DNA of 64,000 nt from Lytechinus pictus (GCF_037042905.1 NC_087258.1:27032001-27096000); one strand, 5' to 3'. Shown: positions 1 to 12,629, counted from the stretch's first letter. Program-made: numbers and translations. The notes: a model not told the origin generated them from the letters alone.

Positions 1-1134
1 ATAATAATAAATGGAAACATAGTAATAAAAATAATTGTTACTAAGGAATGTATTGAGCATATTTGGGAGTACTCAATTTTGGGCTCAATTTTACCGGCTG
101 CTCTCATTGTGCCTATAATTCCTTCATTTTAACACAATCCATTTTTACAACATGGATAACAATGATCAGTGTTTGCTCAGGAATGAACGAAAATTCAAAC
201 ATTTGGTGTCACCTGATAGAGAGAACTTTAGAACACCAACCATTAAAAAAAAATTACTCATATTTAGAAATGTGATTTTGACACCTATTCTAAAATGTAT
301 TTTTTGAGCATATACAAATTAAATAAATCTTCAAAAATTTCAGGAGAGGAGGGCATCATAGAATTGAGCATATATTTATTATATTGAATCATTTATATCA
401 AGATTAAATATTCTCCCAATATCTTTACTACATAATTTTATGTTTTTATCCATTCCTATTATAACAACCTTTTGCCTAATAATTTTGACAATATTTTTCA
501 AACCAACAGATACATACATAGGTATAATACGAGAAATTCAGCCGATACTCGTACAATATATGGTCATTATTCTGTCTCAAACAATATATTTTTACATTTA
601 GGGGTGCCAGTATTCGGAATAAATTCCCTAAAAATACCAAACAATGCAAAACTCTACACAAAACCTTAAAAGACATTTGAAAATCAATTTGATGCAGAAG
701 GTATTGTTTAAATTACATTCATGTTATGTTTGCTTGTTCTGTATTTCCAGACTGCCTTTGTTTTTATTCTGTTGTTTTGTGATAATTTCAGGATCATTCA
801 TTTATAAGTTCTTTGTCACTTTTTGTGATCCTTCGACTATTCTTAAATATTCTTACTTATATTAAATGTATTTTATTTGAAATATTCATATTTCTTTATA
901 CGTATCTTTTTAAATGAAGATTGTGGTAAATGAAGTTTAATTTTTTTTAGTTTAAAGTGAATAATAGAATGTTACTGATATTTTGATATCATGTTCATAT
1001 TGGTGGAAAACAATTAATGTGACTTAGTGTGAACATTGTAATGAAAATGTACAAAGTTTATGTAAAGCAAAGTGATTTTATAATGTGATCTTCTTCGTAG
1101 GAGACAAAATATTATACTCTACATAACATAGATA

Positions 1135-1580
1135 TATTATATAGCTCATCATATCTCATATACATGTAGGCTTTGGTCAAATTCAGAAACTAATAGAAAC
1201 GTTCGCTGTGCCTAACAATATGGCTCATATATACAGCTTATCATACCTCATATAGGCTTATGATCAGATTCCAAAACTAATAGAAAAGTTCGCTAAGCCT
1301 AACAATTGTGGTTCATATATACAGGTTATCATATTTCATATAGGCTTATGATCAAATTCAGAAACTAATAGAAACGTTCGCTGTGCCTAACAATATGGCT
1401 CATATATACAGGTTATCATACCTCATATAGGCTTATGATCAGATTCCAAAACTAATAGAAAAGTTCGCTGTGCCTAACAATTATGGCTCATACATACAGC
1501 TTATCATACCTCATATAGGTTTATGATTAAATCACAAAACTAATAGAAAAGTTCGCTGTGCCTAACAATTATGACTCATA
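1135..1580. repeat. 86-88-bp tandem repeat, 5 copies
   Basis: ctaatagaaa.gttcgct.tgcctaacaat recurs at about 1190, 1276, 1364, 1452 and 1540. Confidence 0.9.
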
Positions 1581-2736
1581 ACCTGATTAGTCATTACATG
1601 ATATTGACATTTAAAACATATATTAATGGATATGTACATTCCACGATGACTATTAGAATGTGAAGAATAACACACACACACACACACACACACACCCTCA
1701 TATATATATTAAATGTATCAACTAATTCGGTAAAATTCATTGTATTTTCCTCATTATATCAGAATACCAGCCAATGTGACACAGTGTGAACATAACAAAG
1801 AAAATGTACAAATTTTACACAGTCACTGTGATATTTTGGAGCATATTTACGAAGTGATTACTTTGTGTTCTTTCATGTTAGTAGGAGATAACAGAGAATA
1901 CTTTATTTACATAATATACATGGGGTCCTCATCCTATGCATGTGATCAGATTCAATAGAAACTTTCGTTGTGCCTAATAACCTGGTATAGAAGAAGAAAC
2001 TATTATCGATATTATGACACATCACCCGATTAAATGAAGTCATTACATGATAAAATAAACAAAGACACATGGGAGCAAAATGTATCCACACTTTAAGAAA
2101 ATATGTTGATGGATATGTATATTACACGATAACCATTAGAATATAAAAAAAAACACATGTGCATTATACTGTAGTCAGATATGATTCGGGGATGGCGCGC
2201 ATACATGAACATAATATAGACCTAGAGCGCTATAGAGCCCTTTGGTACGACATTATCATCAGGTCCCTCGGAGAGGACCTTAAGCCGTCGGTTCCCTGGT
2301 TGTTTACCAACAACCGACCAATCGTATTTTCTTCGCATTCCAGTAAAATAATCCTCACCAACATACTCTATATACACAATGAAATTATTTACATTGTAGA
2401 TCCATACAGTATTAAAGGGGTCCTCAGGCTAAGAGTGACAAACGAAACACTGAAAACCAGATCAAAATTTGACAAGGATTTTTTTTTAGCATTGCGTTAC
2501 TTTGGTGAAATTATGATTACTGCTGTTATCATTGTTGAAACCTATTTTACACACATTCATTGTGATTTCATTTAATGAAATAAGAAAAGGGAAAGTTGGG
2601 ACCACACATCATCAGCCTACCTATCACTGGTCATTGCTGGCAGATAGATATTTTCACAATATATCGCTAAACTAATAAATTGAATAGTTGTTTTATCAGA
2701 TTTTGATAAAATTTTCAGCGTTTTGCCCATTTATAC

Positions 2737-2777
<41 letters not shown>

Positions 2778-3048
2778 TAATATATATTCAGATGTGACTG
2801 TTTTCAGGCTGGAGTATCCATTTTAAATATTTTTTCTGATAGTTCTATCACTTGTATGCCTCACATTATGAATTAGTTTATTATTTACATGTATGTCATT
2901 GAACATTATAAAATGTATATGAATAAACGACAAGGATTTGTATTGTAAATGCTTGTTATAAATGTATGAATATTACCTGTATTATCTTTTGTTTAGTTGG
3001 AAAGGAAACTGAATTTGAATTTGAATTTGATTTAAAAAATGGTACATG

Positions 3049-3282
3049 CACAGTTAAAAATAATATTAACAACGCTATTCACTATGTGAATCGCACAGTA
3101 GTTTTAAACATTTTAAACAAGTGTTCAAAATCTGAAACAACACTAAAGATGAAATTCAAATATTTAATTATCAATGATTTAAGCATAAGTGGTTAAGATT
3201 TTGAACACATGTTTAAACTGTTTAAACAACTCCTGTGCGATTCAAATAGTTAATAGCGTTGTTTAAATTATTTGTAACAGTG
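3049..3282. mobile_element. CAC..GTG fold-back MITE just downstream of the TRIM stop codon (also 16153-16376, 36054-36290, 54321-54555)
   Basis: Nearly whole-length imperfect inverted repeat: cacagttaaaaataat..aacaacgct..gaatcgcacag / ctgtgcgattc..agcgttgtttaaattatttgtaacagtg. Confidence 0.7.
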
Positions 3283-3324
3283 TGTTGAGACATTGTAGTA
3301 GGTGCATGGTTGAGATAATCTGGA

Positions 3325-4686
3325 TTACAGTGATACCTTGATGAAATATAACTTATCAGCACAAGCAAAGGCGAGCATGTCTGGGGAAAGGGAGACCAAA
3401 TAACACCAATAACCTAATCCCATATTAAGTGTATTGAACTCAACTCTTTCCTTCAGGTTTAGACCATCAAGATCATAGAGCCTGATCACCACCTTCCTAT
3501 CCTCAAAATCAACACTCGCTACATACACCCTGTCCTGCTCATCCACGGCAGCATACAGGTCGACATCCTCTGGAGCTTGTAGAGACTCACAAGCATTCCC
3601 ATCCCTGTCATAGACCGTCACCACGCTTGGATTTGCATTACATGAACTCGTGACGATCAAACCCGTCCTGGTAGTAGATGCCTGATCCGCCTTGTGCTTT
3701 GTTTGAACAGTGTGTTTAAGAGTGGATCCTGTCGGATCATAGATATAGACTTGTCTTGTATAGTTAGTAATGATGATTTCATCTGATTGACTTCTGTTAA
3801 GTCTGAAATCATTAGGACCGTCTCTCACGTGGATTGTTGCTTTCTTGGAGCCAAGGGGGGAATACATGTACGCTTCATTAGTATCGTAAATCGATACGCA
3901 TAAAGATCCGTCTTGTTGATAGACAATATCATTATATTTCCCGTCATTGGGTATGTTACTATACTGCTGCTTACCACCATTTGAATCAATGATATCAATA
4001 CCTTGTGCATTCCACCCATATGCGATACCCACACTGTCGTGTGAGTACCGTGTCATTCCCCACATATCTGACCGTAGATCAACACACTGAATGACTTCTA
4101 TCTTGGGATCTGATCCTGCGATGCTCCCGAGGTCAAGACGAGTATCATCTGCTGGTTTGAACCTCTTCTCCTGTGATTTCTTCTTTATGGCTGCCGTAGA
4201 AGAATGATTAGTATAATCTGAGATGCTCCCGAGGTCAAGACGAGTATCATCTGCTGGTTTGAACCTCTTCCCCTTTGCTTTCTTTGAAATTGTTGACGCA
4301 GAAGTGTGATCGGTAGCCTCCTTCAGCATGGCATCTAGTTCCTCACAGAGCAAGATATGAGCAGATAGAGTGTCTGTCTCAAGATGACCCAGTCTGTCAT
4401 TATCTACCAAAGTAATTGAACTACAAATACTCTTGATTATCTGACGATCTTTTGACTTCAAGACGTTGAGGTCGTCATCAAAACTATGCTTTAAAGCATT
4501 GATTTGGACGGTGAGATTTCGAAGATTTTCTTCCAGCTCCTTGGCCTTGATGGTGTAAGCCTGCCTGACATCATCTAGTAGTGTCTGCACTGCAGTGTGT
4601 ACCTCATGACGTTGTATTTCTATGTTTTGAATGTTCTTTTCCAGCTCTGTTTTCTTGTCAGCACATCGTTGGGCAAGGTCTTCCAC
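3325..4686 (-). CDS. TRIM copy A exon 2: coiled coil, 2x34-aa linker repeat and NHL-like beta-propeller (joined to exon 1 at 7405-8037 gives 664 aa)
   Basis: 453-aa open frame. The apparent start is GTG (Val) preceded by a splice acceptor (ttcattccttag|GTGGAA). Heptad-like N-terminus; C-terminal repeats such as IIITNY..QVYIYDPTG, VVTVYDRDG and YAAVDEQDRVYVA resemble NHL/propeller blades. Confidence 0.9.
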   Translation of the reverse strand: MEDLAQRCADKKTELEKNIQNIEIQRHEVHTAVQTLLDDVRQAYTIKAKELEENLRNLTVQINALKHSFDDDLNVLKSKDRQIIKSICSSITLVDNDRLGHLETDTLSAHILLCEELDAMLKEATDHTSASTISKKAKGKRFKPADDTRLDLGSISDYTNHSSTAAIKKKSQEKRFKPADDTRLDLGSIAGSDPKIEVIQCVDLRSDMWGMTRYSHDSVGIAYGWNAQGIDIIDSNGGKQQYSNIPNDGKYNDIVYQQDGSLCVSIYDTNEAYMYSPLGSKKATIHVRDGPNDFRLNRSQSDEIIITNYTRQVYIYDPTGSTLKHTVQTKHKADQASTTRTGLIVTSSCNANPSVVTVYDRDGNACESLQAPEDVDLYAAVDEQDRVYVASVDFEDRKVVIRLYDLDGLNLKERVEFNTLNMGLGYWCYLVSLSPDMLAFACADKLYFIKVSL

Positions 4687-6047
4687 CTAAGGAATGAAAG
4701 TTTGTATAGTACAAACAACGGTTTAGATCTGCAAATATTCCTTAAATGTGAAAATAACAAACTGTTTAAAAAGATAACTACTGCAGAATGACACGCGATA
4801 ATCAGTAAAATAAACCCATATTTACACAATTTCATGTCATTGTTACAATAACTTTAAAGAAAATCGTGGCTGACATTCAACAAAAATAATGGGAAGAAAT
4901 GCTTATATGCAACAGTATTAACAATATTGATGATGGTACGTTGCATAAGCTTATTATCAGATACAATACATTTTTGATTGATTGATAACGAATTTATTTC
5001 ATTTCAAAATTTCAACAAAATTACAAAGTAGAGCGAATTGTAATATAACGTAATGAAATGAAATGAAAACCTTCTGAAAAGCACAGCTCGTTAAAGGTTT
5101 TTTTTTTACATATTGATACAAGATACAAAGTTCAAAGTCTATCTAATACACAGATAATCATATCTTTCTTGTAAAAATTACATATAAATCCTTGTAAATT
5201 GTTAGTTTTTTTATCATATTCTCCCATAGCAAGTAAAAGATAAACAAGGCTGAATAATATTACAAGAAAGTGAAAAAGGACACACGAAACAAAGCATTAC
5301 AAGAACAGGAAATACATGTAATAGAACGGTACAAGAACAAGGCACGGCAAAAATCATTAAAGAGCAAGACATAACAAAAACTATACAAGAACTGACAAAA
5401 TATAACCAAAAACAATAAAACAAAGGACAAAAAAAGAGTAAAAGAAAACAAACAAAAAAAGCTGCACGGGTAGATAGAATGAAGAGACAGAGACGGGAAA
5501 TGAAGTGAAATAAAGAGAGGGAGAACGGGGAGAGTGGGGAAGGGAGAATAAGAAAGAATAGAAAATCCTTAAAATATCCTACTGATACTAAATTTTAGGG
5601 GTGTTATGATTATTAAAGGGATTTTGTTTTATGCCATATGAATTGTAGCCTTATTTCGTAAAGCTTGTGAAAGTGAGTTCCATGGTTTCATGCCAGAAGA
5701 TATGATAAGTTTGTTTGGAAATAATGTCATTGATCAAGATAAATGGAAAATTCCAGCAGATCTATCGTAGAGTAGTGATGAATATTTACAATTCTTGTAA
5801 CATTTTAGTAAATTTTTAATATATTTATCAATATTATAGTATCCAAATGTTGTGATTTGTTCAATCTTTTAATTTCGTCATTATTATATTCATCATCATC
5901 ACTTATTGTTGTTATTACCCTTATATTTCAAATCAACATTTCTATCTTTAATACCACTAGGTATATGGTATACAATTTGTTTTTGTTTGATGGAAGTAAA
6001 ATAAACAAATTTGAATTTAATTGAATTGAATTTGAATAGGTATACTA

Positions 6048-7057
6048 AAGTTCACGTCCACCCCAGAAAAATTATGATTGAATAAATAAATCAAACTAGC
6101 ATCTGAAAATTTCATCAAAATTGGATGTAATATGAATTGAATTGAATTTATTGGAACTTCACTGGCAATTGCCAATATTTTGTTCGAAAAATAGAAAATG
6201 ATACAATACAAATATACAATGCAAGGAATATAAGCAAATAAACAAAAACAAAATAGTATTTTGTAAAAAAAAAAGAGAAACAACTTATATATACAGATAT
6301 ACACAATAAACATAGGAATCATTTGGATAGATAATTGACAATGGATATAGAGACTGATATCCAAGAAAAGATAAAGAAACATAAAGAAAGTGAGAGAGGA
6401 GAGGGAAATAAAGAGGAAAGAAGTTCGAAAATGGAGAGAGCGGGAAAGAGAGGAAGAATGAGAAGAATGGCATTACATGTAAACTCATTGTGTAAAAATA
6501 TTGCGAATATATTACTTTAAAGTGTTTGCCGGTTGATATTTGTGTACTCAGAAATCCCCCCTAATAGCAATTATGTTTTGGATAAAAGAACAAAACAATT
6601 TAATCAAGGCTTCCGTATAATTAAAACAAATATGAGAAAGCTGTGACATTTTAAAATTTCGCGTATTTTTCACAAAACAGTGATATGCACAACTCAGTGA
6701 CATGCAAATGAGACAGTCGATGATGTCCCTCACTATTTATTTCGTTTTTTTTTATTGTTTTAATTATACAATATTTATAGTTTATAGATTTGACAATAAG
6801 GACCAACTTGACTGAACTATAAAGTATTAAAACAATACTTATTCTACATGACCGGGAGGTGTATGATGTATCAGTCTCCTCGTTTGCATACCGACCAGGA
6901 TGTGCATAAAAACTGTTTTGTGATATTAACCGAAATCTAAAATGTCATAACTTTCTTATTTATATCCGATTTCGATGAAATTTTTAGTGTTATGCTTGTC
7001 ATTTGGATGTTACTCTTTTTATTCAAATCAACTTTATGTTGGGGTAGACTTGTCCTT
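6048..7057. mobile_element. TTAA/Kolobok-like MITE in the TRIM intron (in all copies; carries an extra ~500-bp insert in A and E)
   Basis: Termini aagttcacgtccacccc / ggggtagacttgtcctt; homologs near 18960-19445, 40407-40650, 42957-43526 and 57221-58260. Confidence 0.7.
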
Positions 7058-7404
7058 AAATATTGTTAATGTTATTTACATACATGATCATTCCTATTCT
7101 TCTCAAAGTCATTTTCAGCTCTCTTCATAATCATCATCACCATCAATATTCAATTTCAGTGTTCTTCTATACAGTTGAGGTTCCATGGGAGCCAAACTTC
7201 GGGTGCCGCCCTGTTCCCCCTCCCCTCCCCCTCCCCCCCCCCCCTCCTCCTCCCCCCCCTCCTCCCATCCCCCTACCCCTCACCGATCGAGGCGTGTTTT
7301 TTTCTCATCATTTTTGTTTTATCATTGGTATTGATAGTATTTTCAGTGTCAACATTCAATTCAGAATTCTTTTCCACACTATGATCTGAAATAAATAAAA
7401 TTAC

Positions 7405-8037
7405 CTTCCGTCGCAACTCTTGTTCAAAGTCAACCTGGTTCTTAATTTCATGAGCTTTATGACCAACAAGTACACACTTGTGACAGACGTGGACCTTACA
7501 ATCCCCACAAAACATATCCCTGTTCTCTGGTTTGTGGATGGAGCACTTCTCGAAAAAATGACCAATGCTGACCTTCCCTTCGATGACATCATCCATGGAT
7601 ACAATCTCATGATCTTCAAAGACTGACAGATATTGATGACAATGCAAACATTTATCACATATGTAGTTATTACATGTTCTGCAGAATGAGACAGCATCTC
7701 CTTGAAGCTTGCAACCAGAACATTTTTGTCGCATCTCGAGGACGGCATTCATCCCACCACACTTGGCGTAGTAATCGTCTACGCATCCGTTGATGGGGAC
7801 ATTGAGGCGGAGATCATCAACACGATTGGCGGACAACTTGGTGATCTCCCTGCATAGAGGACAGACCATGTGATCAAGGTCCTGGTGGGTTAGATCGTAT
7901 TTCTTGAGGCATCGCCTACAAAATGTGTGTCCACATGAAGTCAGGATTGTCGCCTCGACAAATATATCAAGGCATAATGGACATATCAGGTTCGGTGAAG
8001 AGCTTGAAGCTTTCTCTGATTCACACTTCTCAGCCAT
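7405..8037 (-). CDS. TRIM copy A exon 1: RING (C3HC4), B-box1, B-box2
   Basis: CPLC..CGHTFCRRC..CPLC RING; CSGC..CRTCNNYICDKCLHCH..H B-box1; CSIH..CGDCKVHVCHKCVLVGHKAH B-box2. Donor CGGAAG|gtaatt at 7405/7404, phase 0 (633 nt); intron 4687-7404. Confidence 0.92.
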
Positions 8038-8264
8038 CGCTAAATCAATTTACAAACACGAGATCTAAATTCCAACAATTATGATACAGATAATATGTCT
8101 ATCAGTATTGATGCATTAAAACGTCGATCAAGTTTGGGTTACAACGTGCACTTGACTACAGATTTAACTACAAGAGTAAAACACACCCATTTCGAACACC
8201 CTATAACAAATAAACTTTGGTATTCCCAGCTACCTTTGAACTTGAGTGCGTTATGTATATATTC

Positions 8265-8820
8265 ATAATTATTTCTAGAATTATTTGGTTAATGTTTAAA
8301 CTTGAAGATACGTTAATGCCAAAGTCGATTATACTATTGTACAATTCTTTCATAATTATTATCTTATTTATCTTATGCTAATATTGCGGGGGGTTGTGGA
8401 ACCGAAAGAAATGTTAATTCCTTATTGTTACTGCATAAAAGAGCCATAAGAATTTGCACAGGTTCTTCTAACTGAGCGCTTACTGATCCAATTATTAAAA
8501 AAAAATGAACATAAAATTAATATCTGATATCATTATCTTACAAAGTGCAAATTTTATTGTAAATTATACTAATCACTTGGTTCCACGCAATTTTAATAAA
8601 ACATTCGCATGCAATTCCCAGGCTCATGAACACAATACCAGAGGTTCCAACAATTTTCATATTAGTAATCCCAAAACATTCCTTGCTTATAAATCCATTA
8701 TACATAAACAAGGACCCAATGTTTGGCATTCATTGCTTCATGAAATAAGAGAATGTTCTTCGCTTTATGAATCATAACTCATACATTTTCTTAAAGTATA
8801 TTTAGATCATTTATATTGGT
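8265..8820 (+). mobile_element. Decayed LINE RT 3' fragment upstream of copy A
   Basis: Frameshifted LYNS..LSYANI..LLHKRAIRIC...GPNVWHSL; homologous to 20645-21480; absent upstream of D and E. Confidence 0.7.
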
Positions 8821-8934
8821 ACATGTATATTGTTACACAGATTTCCAGTTCCCGATGGGGTAGGGGTTTTAGAACATCCGTACATTTTTTTCTCATGTCA
8901 TCATTTTAACCTATGTCAATATATGTACTGCCAT

Positions 8935-9380
8935 GATGGCACTCTGTTTTGCTCTTATTCAGAGTTTATATGACTATGCCAACCCTTCTTGGTTTAGTGG
9001 CATAAGCCAATCCGATCAAAAGAAGTTGAAAATTATACAGAATAAAATGGTTAGATTCATTTACTGTTCTGGTCCCAGAACCCACGTTGTACATCGAACT
9101 ATCTGGACCAGGTTTTCTTGAAGACAACAAACGATCAAAAAAAAAATTGCACCACATGCATACAATTTATCACAATAGATCGTAACATTATATTGAATCA
9201 AACTTTGATCTAGTTGCCGAATTACATAACTATCATACAAGAAATAGCCATTTCAACTTCTGCCTTCCAGAAAATGTACATAGTATTGGATACTTTACAA
9301 TGCGATAAAACATTGGAATTCTCTTCCCAATGACTAAACGGGAATAAGAATCTTTGAGAAAACATCTTTCACTCGAGAGT
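8935..9380 (+). mobile_element. Decayed LINE 3' fragment (homolog split at about 45690-46450)
   Basis: ALIQSLYDYANPSWFSG...LKIIQNKMVRFI is typical of LINE RT C-termini. Confidence 0.6.
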
Positions 9381-11600
9381 CAAACAGAAGATGCAAATTA
9401 TATGTTATACGGTTGATTTAGCAGACCATGTTCTTTCCCTGCCAGGTAATATTAGTTATTTTACATATTTTATGATTGGAATTTTTAATCGATATGTCTT
9501 TCTCATTTTCCTTCTTTTTCTCTTTGTTCCATTCTCTTCTTTTTGTTGTTATCGTTGTTGTTGCTGTCGTTGTTGTTTATCTCCTTGTTCTTTTTCTTTC
9601 TACCCTCCTTCTTCTCCCGAAGTGCTACTCCATCTTCTTCTCCTCCTCTTTCTTCTTCATCTTCTTCTTCTTCTTCTCCTCCTCCATCTTCTTCTCCTTT
9701 TTCTTCTTCTTCGTCTAAGGCTCCCATGAAAGTCCGCGGTTCGATTCCCGACCCCGCCCTTTATCTACATTGCTCTTTTTATCAAATTGCTTCGAATGAA
9801 CGAAAACTGATCCGGGTTGTTTGTAAAGAAGGGGAGCAGTGAGGTACAGATCACTGGTGTCGATCCGTGACGTCATACTATTCAAGTGGGGGGGAGGGGG
9901 ATGAAACAATAGATACCCCCCCCCCCCTTGAACAATAGATTCATCGCTTGGATTGACACCAGTGGCTTTGCTGGCTAGTATTTTTTTTGGACCGTTACGC
10001 CATATCCGGCACCCTCTAAATTTGTGGCTCATTTAACTCCACTAATCTCCTCAAGACCAAAATCTCGAGATATACAGTGACATCTGCTTTTGGAAATCCA
10101 GGAATCAATTTTCTACATATTTAAAACTCTCGGTATCCCATGCCCCGCCTCGCCCACTTCAATCTTTCAAAAAACGATCGGTGAATGCCCCTTATATACG
10201 CTCGGCGTTCCATACGCTCCATAAAAGGTGCCCTCCCCTTGATCCCCGGCTATACGTCACCACTTTATTAGCGCTAGTAAAATATATAGATTTCCATAAT
10301 AGGGAGCTTTTAGCACGTCGACGCAGAAAGCTTTCAAGGAAATAGAAAATATATTGTCAAATGCCATTCATAACAAAGATCAACCAAGAAGTCTTTGTCG
10401 AAAATTGATGAATCACAACAGTAGTTTCGTCTTGGACTCTTCGACAAACGACATGTTTTTTTTTTTTTTTTGTCAGCTCAGCCGAAACTTAGGACGAACT
10501 GCTGTTCCGGTTCACCAATTTTCGACAAAGACCTCTCAGCTGTTCATTGTCATTTGAAGGTCATTATCAATACATTTACTATGTTCTTGAATTTGTTCTA
10601 CGTCGTGGTGCTTAAACTGCCTATTGAGTTGAATTTAACTCAACCTACACTCAATAGTTCTCAGGAATACCAATCTAGCCAAGGCGATCAGTTGCATCTA
10701 GAACTTTACACTAGCGTATAGTTGCTGTATGTTTTTATCAGTTTTTCATGCTTGAACCATTAATCATCCAAAAATTTTATATTTCAAACAAGGAATATAT
10801 TATTTTCTATTGTTTAAAGTACTTAGCGCACCCCACAGAGACCAGTATGGGTGTCTTTTATGTGAACCAAATTACAGTTTCAGTATAGTGACACAAGATG
10901 GCGCTAGATACCTAAACTCGAGCCAAACATCAAGCTTTCGAAACTATCGAAGCTTTCGATTAAGGCTGCTCAATGCGAGAGCGAACACCGTCACCATTAG
11001 AAAACAAAATCTTAGCTAAAAACCTCTGAGTGCCATCTATGAAGAGATGTCTTATCTTGCCATATCGGCTTGATACCCTTTTCATGTCGACATGTTAACT
11101 TTGTAAGTTGACACAGTGACATATTAGTTTATTGCCAAGTTTACTTCTCAGAATTATCATGTCATCATGGCAACATATATCATCTTACAGTTTGGACCTA
11201 ATAAGACACTTTATCGGCATGACACTTTCTAGAAGTTGACTTAACAAGATATCTTTAGTCGCCATGACAACGACTTGTCAACATACCCTACGTCATTATG
11301 TTGACTTACAAAGTTAATAAGTCGACATATCAATAAGGCTGTTACTTGGCAAGATGCAATATATTGCCATCTCATCTGGTAGATGGTACTTTTAATCTAC
11401 CTATGATAACAACATTCCTAAACATTTCCATTTGTTTCAAGCGGATGATAATCCGGATCTTTCTTGGAAGCCCTTCCAAGATCTTCCACTTCCCATAAGC
11501 AGGAGTAAATGGACAATCGCACACAGAGTAAAAACTGACCCTTTTGTCAAAGACTTAAAAAACATAGAAGGGAAGGAAAAGGTGGACTTAAACAACAATA

Positions 11601-11796
11601 CACTCTTAAACAACTCAGTCAAATTGACTAGACCAGTAGTCAGTTGGGTACAACTGATATGTCGAGTCACACTTCTGAATTATATTCTAATCAGAAATAA
11701 CTACGACTAAAAATAATCAAATATGACTAGAATAACAGTTGCACCCAGCGGACCCTATTAACTAGTCACGTTTTACTGATTTGTTTGTATAGAGTG
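11601..11796. mobile_element. Small CACT..AGTG MITE with TA duplication
   Basis: ta|cactcttaaacaactcagt...actgatttgtttgtatagagtg|ta; absent from the paralogous site near 26190. Confidence 0.65.
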
Positions 11797-12071
11797 TACA
11801 TTTTGTGCGTTTATAAAATCAGATCAATATACAAATCTACTTGAAAATTAATACCCTCACTTTATTCTTCTTTCTTGGTCTGTTATTTTCATCTCTATCC
11901 TCTTCCTTTCGTTCTACCTTCTGCCCTTCTTTCCTTTTATCTTTCTTTCCAGCTCTATTCATTATCTATCTTTTGTCTTCTTCCTCTTCTTTCTGTTTCT
12001 CTGCTCTTTCCAATTTTCTTCATCTTATTCTATCTTTTTCATACCTTCTCCTTTCCATTCATGAGATTTCT

Positions 12072-12205
12072 NNNNNNNNNNNNNNNNNNNNNNNNNNNNN
12101 NNNNNNNNNNNNNNNNNNNNNNNNNNNNNNNNNNNNNNNNNNNNNNNNNNNNNNNNNNNNNNNNNNNNNNNNNNNNNNNNNNNNNNNNNNNNNNNNNNNN
12201 NNNNN
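12072..12205. other. Assembly gap
   Basis: Run of N. Confidence 1.
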
Positions 12206-12629
12206 CTTTATTTCGTAAAATTACGAGTTCATATTTAAAGATGGAACAAACTCAATTCAATTTAATTACATTTAGAATTTAATGAAATATTGATATCAAT
12301 AAAATCAATTCAAAATGATATATTGAAACATCGTAAGTATGCGATTTACATGGATACTAATCAATCATTTCGTTCGCTCTTAGATAGCAAGCTGTCTCAC
12401 CGTCTCTCCTCTCCTAAACTGACCATGAAATTAATTGTCTTTATGATATCACTTACTATGCAGTTTAGCTATTGTATTGGTAATATCCGATTTAAGTAAA
12501 TACAATTTTGATTTTACAGATATAAATAATTATTTCTGCATTATGGTTTGCTTTGATTTTATATATCAAAGTAATATCAAGATAATATAGAGTGTACAGA
12601 AATGAAGAATTACAAATGTGAATGTACGA

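Noticed and set aside
1135-1580. CRISPR-like array
   Set aside because: Whole units repeat with no unique spacers, no cas genes, and the context is eukaryotic.
7273-7404. C-terminal extensions (VILFI...) of the exon 1 ORFs, and exon 2 ORFs as stand-alone genes
   Set aside because: These are read-through past a conserved GT donor, and the exon 2 'start' is a GTG directly after an AG acceptor; the pieces join in frame.
3325-8037. Assigning a gene symbol such as TRIM56, TRIM71 or TRIM2/3
   Set aside because: The architecture is similar, but this is a lineage-specific expansion and orthology cannot be established from the sequence alone.
9391-9842. Leu/Ser/Glu-rich ORFs (also 33166-33589, 47024-47344, 7063-7389)
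   Set aside because: Translations of CTT, poly-T, minisatellite or poly-C low-complexity DNA.
10290-11000. Conserved block with AAGATGGCG (YY1-like) upstream of A and B as a promoter
   Set aside because: It begins with a MITE-like terminus, was not seen upstream of D and E, and its similarity is explained by the duplication.
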